Shown here in pieces: positions 47,101-52,188 of a stretch of 52,188 bases of DNA. The stretch covers positions 1-52,188 of the forward strand of contig JYFJ02002706.1 of NCBI GenBank assembly GCA_000934665.2. Reading direction: 5' to 3'. How positions within the stretch are numbered: position 1 is the first letter of the stretch; each line of letters opens with the position of its first letter. A program made the position numbers and the translations under genes. The stretch is from Catajapyx aquilonaris (lineage: Eukaryota). The notes under the pieces are model-generated. The model was not told where the DNA came from, did not search any database, and saw only the letters and a list, made by a program, of their open reading frames with translations.

Positions 47101-50100
47101 ATTTACCGTTACTTGAGAGGACTCCATCACTATATACGGTATAGGCATGACGTTGATTTGAATAGAATTATGCTTCGCACTACTAGTTTGTGAAATGCCC
47201 TGCGACCCCCACAAACTCGCACAAGCTACTGTCAATAATGGCAAAGTGTGATTTACGCTTTTTTATTACCAGCCAGCTATAATGGCATGAAATATGCGAC
47301 AGTTATTGCATTTTCATGGCCCACTTTTCATATGCGCAGGAAGTTGCGAAAGTTGGGCGCAGAGGTTCGTAGGCCCGGAACCGAATTTTGCACCGAAAAT
47401 TCACCATCATCGCCATTGGCACATGCTGAAATAACCTAGTTATAAATTTAAAAAAGACCTTCCCGCCCCAATTGTGACAGTTGTGCAATTATTGTTATCA
47501 GTTATCTGTCCACCACGGGGGGTGGTATAGCCATGACGGACAACCAAATTGGACATGGTCAACATTCCACCTGATATATTTCGTCTGCAGGTGACACATC
47601 CGTGCCTGGGCAGTTGGAAATTAAATTTCCATGCCTACGCCATGCAGATTTGTCAGCGGTAATTTGGCTCGTCAAACAGTTAGCACGTATGGGGCTCTCC
47701 TAAAAGCCTGCTAGGGGTCTATGGTTATATAGGAACCAGTCAGTGAATTAGGCTGAATGGTAGACGTCCCCAACGTGTCGCCGAGATAGTTATCGATCTG
47801 AAGCGCGGAAGGTAGCGCTTAGACTGCCTAATGACGTTGATGCATTGCTTCAAAGTCACGCCACACTTCACAGCTTTTCTTCGGCTCCAGAATAATTTTT
47901 TTTTCTTACTTTTTTTTGGAGGAAGGCAGGGACCTAGCCAGGAATAACCGGGCGTGTGTTTCGGGAACAAGTTACGCGTTGATTTATGGCGTGACAAAGT
48001 TTCGAGTGTTCTAGCCGCAGATGGAGCCACACCGTGGTTGAGGTGGTCTTTCAAGTGCAATACTAGGCTGTACTCCAGGTCACTTTATGGGAGAGCTGCT
48101 CTACAGCATCAGTGCTCTCTCCATGAGACGCTTCAACAACGTCACAGAGAACAAGACAGAAACATATGCAGTAGTGCGGAAAGGTCTAATTGGAAGCGGT
48201 ACAGGATGGCTCTCATACATACCATGTTGAGGCGAATCAATATTTTATACATATATGAGCATAATCGAAAGTTGTGGAATGACTGTCACATGTGAAAACC
48301 GCAATTAATAGTATTTAATTATGTTACAAAATATAGTGTGTACCATTTGGATCCCGCTCCGCACATGGCTTACGTTATATAGCGGAATGATACAGTGACA
48401 TTGGATTTGCAGTGTTAATGAGATTTGCACGCATTCGTGGCAAGTAGCAGTGCGATAAATCGTGTTGGAATTATACGAAGTGACGTCTAATTATGACGTG
48501 TATCACGAGAGCGTGATAAAAAATATTGCCTCCCATCCTTTTCACATAAGTACCCGGCAATGCGAGGGACAAAGCTCGTATTTCTTCATTAGCACAGTGG
48601 GCTCATTGAAACAATTGCTCCGCATTTTTATAGTAGAGGTCGTGGGGACAACAGAGATTCTTCTTCACGATTTCTCCCCCCAAACTCTTCCCTACTTCCA
48701 CAACTTCCTCTATCTGCACTGCACCACAAGGAAAGAGTTAATCCATCATGCTGCTCGATCTGATTAAGCTGCGAAGGGAGGCTGCACGAGAGAGGCCGAA
48801 GAGTGGTTGAGCCATCCACCTAAATTTTGCAGCATCTCTGCCTCGGATCAGCAATATCGAGCCATATTTGTTATAACCCCACCAAGCCTCATCCTCATTC
48901 CAGGCTCCCTTCTTTGAGAAATGCCGTCAATATATACGGACTTGTCAACATCTGACAAGCAAACACAATGTCACTTTCGAGAGTCCCTGTTTGACACCAT
49001 CGCGAGTCCTAATCTTGGTCTGGGTGTGGATTTATCATCGCCACTTCTACCAATCACCAGGATTTTTTTCTCTCGCTCACACCCTGTACTAGACACGTGG
49101 TGCTCGGTGACTTTCGCATGAATGAAGGTCTTATGTGGACCATTGTTGCTGGACCGTCCGGGGCCCTTTTAATGCTTGCCATTATCTCTTCACGGGGCTT
49201 AGCTCTGCTTCTATTATGGTGTCTCCCCCAGGTCAACCCCCCCTCCCTTGTAGCCCATGGAAAATAATGACCTCCGTCGTTGAAAGAGCCTCGTTTTTTT
49301 ACCACCTCTCTTTTTTCACCCTGTTAGGTTAGGTACCCTGTTTGCTCGTAAATTCGATTCGGAGGACAATGGGCTCAGATTCTTGCGCTGATGAGCCGTC
49401 GTGTTGACATTTTTTTTGTTTAAAAAAATCCCCCACTGCCAAATGCATTCGAAAAAGTTTACATTTCACCGCTTTTGAGCCTTATGAGAGCCCTTCAGCT
49501 CTTCTGAAACCCTACAAAAAAAAGGAGAGGAAGTGCGCTAATAAACGGGAATCCTGAGTGGAATCTAAAAAGAGCATGGAATCAATACTAGTACTCCGCG
49601 CACTTTTATTTACGGCCCAGGGAAAAAATACCGCAACGGCTACACCCGGCCAGAATTTTATTAGGATGCGAACCAGGCCGTAGAATCCGGGCCCCCAGTA
49701 ATATAGAAATTAAGGGACATATATCTTGCTTTGGGGGGAAGCTTTGGCAAAGATGCATTTTGGGTTGAAAGGAGAGCCCACAGAGTTTGGCAAGAGGCCC
49801 AGTATACGTATAGCTCTCCACTCGTTAGCTTGGCAGTAGCCGGAACGATGCCCTCTCTAAGTCGGGAAACTTTTCCTTATTATTTGTTTCCTTTTTTCTG
49901 GGAGTCGTGCCAAGGACCGGACAGAGATGTCTGGCCCAACGCTCTAATTTGTTGTAACAGTGCACTCTTAATTAAGGGGCGCCTGAAGTGAGTTGCTGAG
50001 TACTGAGAGGTTGGGGGGATTACGGGCAGCCAGGGTGTTATACATGGGCAAACATAAAGTCAGCACAAACTACTGAGCAAGGTGACAGCACTATTAGGAC

Positions 50101-52188
50101 GTATTGCAGCAGGTGGGATCATGCTGCACTTGGGATCAACCCTCTAATTTGTTAGATGATGTACTGTACAGTGCATTTTGGAAATTAAGGCGCAACAAAA
50201 AAAAATGAACGCAGCAGCTCCTAAAATAAACCATTTAGCTACCATCGGATAATTTGAAAATTTTGTGTGTGAAAAATTATTTCGAGCATCATATGAGAGA
50301 GGATACTGCCAGACCACAGCAGAAATTGTGAAGTACACTAATCTGTTGCGCTTTGTGTTTTGGGTGATGCGGTCAAATTTATTCGCATGGTGCTCTCTGG
50401 CTAATGCAATTTTCGGTTTGGAAATACGATATGCGAAATGCACGATTACGCTGTTGACAATAGGGACACAATCGGTTCCCCAATGCCGAATCAGCGTGAC
50501 ACACATATATAGAGGGTCTCTGGGTTTTCCAAAAGTGCTGCAATGTTGGAGAATTGTTTCCACGCTGATTATGTGACATTTGCCCCCCCTCCATCCGGCG
50601 AATATTTGCAGTAATGGCTAATTTGTTTCCTTTCAGAGATAATTCCCAGGGTCTACATTTTGCAAGCGCCGAATATTACTCCCAACAAGCTTGTTTTAAA
50701 TACGTGACTAGCGCCGTTGATCCTGTGCCAATGAATCAATAGTGCAAATATTTATGCGCCAGTGAAGGACGGCATGGCTATAAAGTGGGTGCTACATGAA
50801 CTAATGTAGAAGCAAACGAACCTCGCATCAGGAGTCGTCGACATTGAAAATCCAGGGCTCCCCAATGACTATTAGTAATTAGGTAAAATAGATGCGCCAA
50901 AAAAAAGGGTTGCGAATTTTGACGCGTTGCCAAATCGCGCGAGAGGATTAGACAACATCGCGGAGCTTCATTCTCCCATTTCATTAGTGAAATGTTTCCA
51001 CTTCATGCACCACTTGTCCAGGCAATGAGGGTTCATCCAAAGTCTGGGGGATCTTATGACTACACTGCATGCTTCCCTTTCAGCTTCATCCCTTCTCTCT
51101 TGAGCTGATTTTTTTGGCGAAAAAAAAGGTGACACGCTCGAATAACCGAAGCGACACTGGTTCTGGATCATATCATAATGTCTCATTGTCTCTTCCTTCC
51201 ACTCCTGTGGGATAGACTAATCAGGACTGCCAGACCTTCCCTAGGGTCATTCCAGGATCCTCTTTTTTCCCCAATTTGTGTGCTGGACAACTGTGATAAA
51301 GATATCGTCCTAAACCTGGCGCACCCAAAAAAATTCTGCACACATCAATTTGCAAACGAATAAACATTTCCCCCCAGTGAAAACACGATCTGTTTATTTT
51401 TTGGGGGCTGGCCACATGCTGTCATAAAACTCGAACCAGCGGGGGGGGCCTGCATGTGCCGCACATTTTAATTTTTTTTTTTTTTTTGAAGGGTTGCTCT
51501 AAAGCGGAATTTTTCTCACCGTTGCATTTAGAGGCCGGATAAAAGCGTCGAGGCAAATTACTTTTTCCTAAACTGCAGAGCTGAATATTTTGTGAGATGC
51601 ACGTTTTCTGTTAGGCCTCGCGAAGTTTTCTATTCAGCTGTCGTCTTTTCCGCTGCGGGTAATACCTCTTCCTAAGTGCTGGATAGTTGAGCCTCTCTTC
51701 TGCAGGCCTTGGCATAGGTATCTGTATACTGTAACGCTAGAGTCTTGGAGGAAAAAAAACACGAAAGAAAGAGACGCTGCTGATCGATACAGGGTGTAGT
51801 CTATGTTTTTTCTTGTCCTTCCTGGAAGCAATGATCCTGTGTTTTTATCACAGTTGCACTGCATTATGCGCAAAAAGTGCTTACTTTGCCGGGATTCACA
51901 TTTTATAATGTGGTCAGCTATATTTTTAGTGTGCTCTCTGATGTATGAGGTCGTGTATTATCCAATGAAATCATACTGGAAGAATCTTACGTAGAGTTAG
52001 TCACGTTTTAAAACTAATATGCGAGTACTTTACTATATTAGATCAAAAACTTTCCCTTCAGTAAAAAAAAGAGAAGTAAGACCTCCGCGGAGGAATAAAA
52101 GTACTGAAACAAGGCAGGCGCACGTAAGACCTTCACCAATTGATTTAAGCTGTACCATAGGTCTTACTCAAGCAATTACCAATTTACT

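Overview
Eukaryotic (invertebrate, probably arthropod) genomic DNA with short introns. No prokaryotic features, CRISPR arrays, rRNA or tRNA genes were seen. Bases 1-17 kb are gene-dense and CpG-poor. They hold three spliced paralogues of RacGAP1/CYK-4/Tumbleweed (A: 5'-truncated, +; B: complete, +; C: complete, -), a C2H2 zinc-finger gene and a probable MITE. Bases 17-52 kb are CpG-rich and mostly non-coding, but contain a six-exon minus-strand gene (34549->31481) that the ORF track only shows in pieces. Spliced by hand, it encodes a highly divergent RhoGAP-fold protein. The main observation is a local RhoGAP cluster with graded loss of catalytic residues in open reading frames. Copy A is canonical. 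Copy C keeps the arginine finger but loses two accessory residues. Copy B loses the arginine finger and has Ser->Asp changes in the Plk1/Ect2 docking segment. The fourth gene is barely recognisable. All gene models were built manually from splice signals, phase continuity and remembered family motifs; no database search was run.
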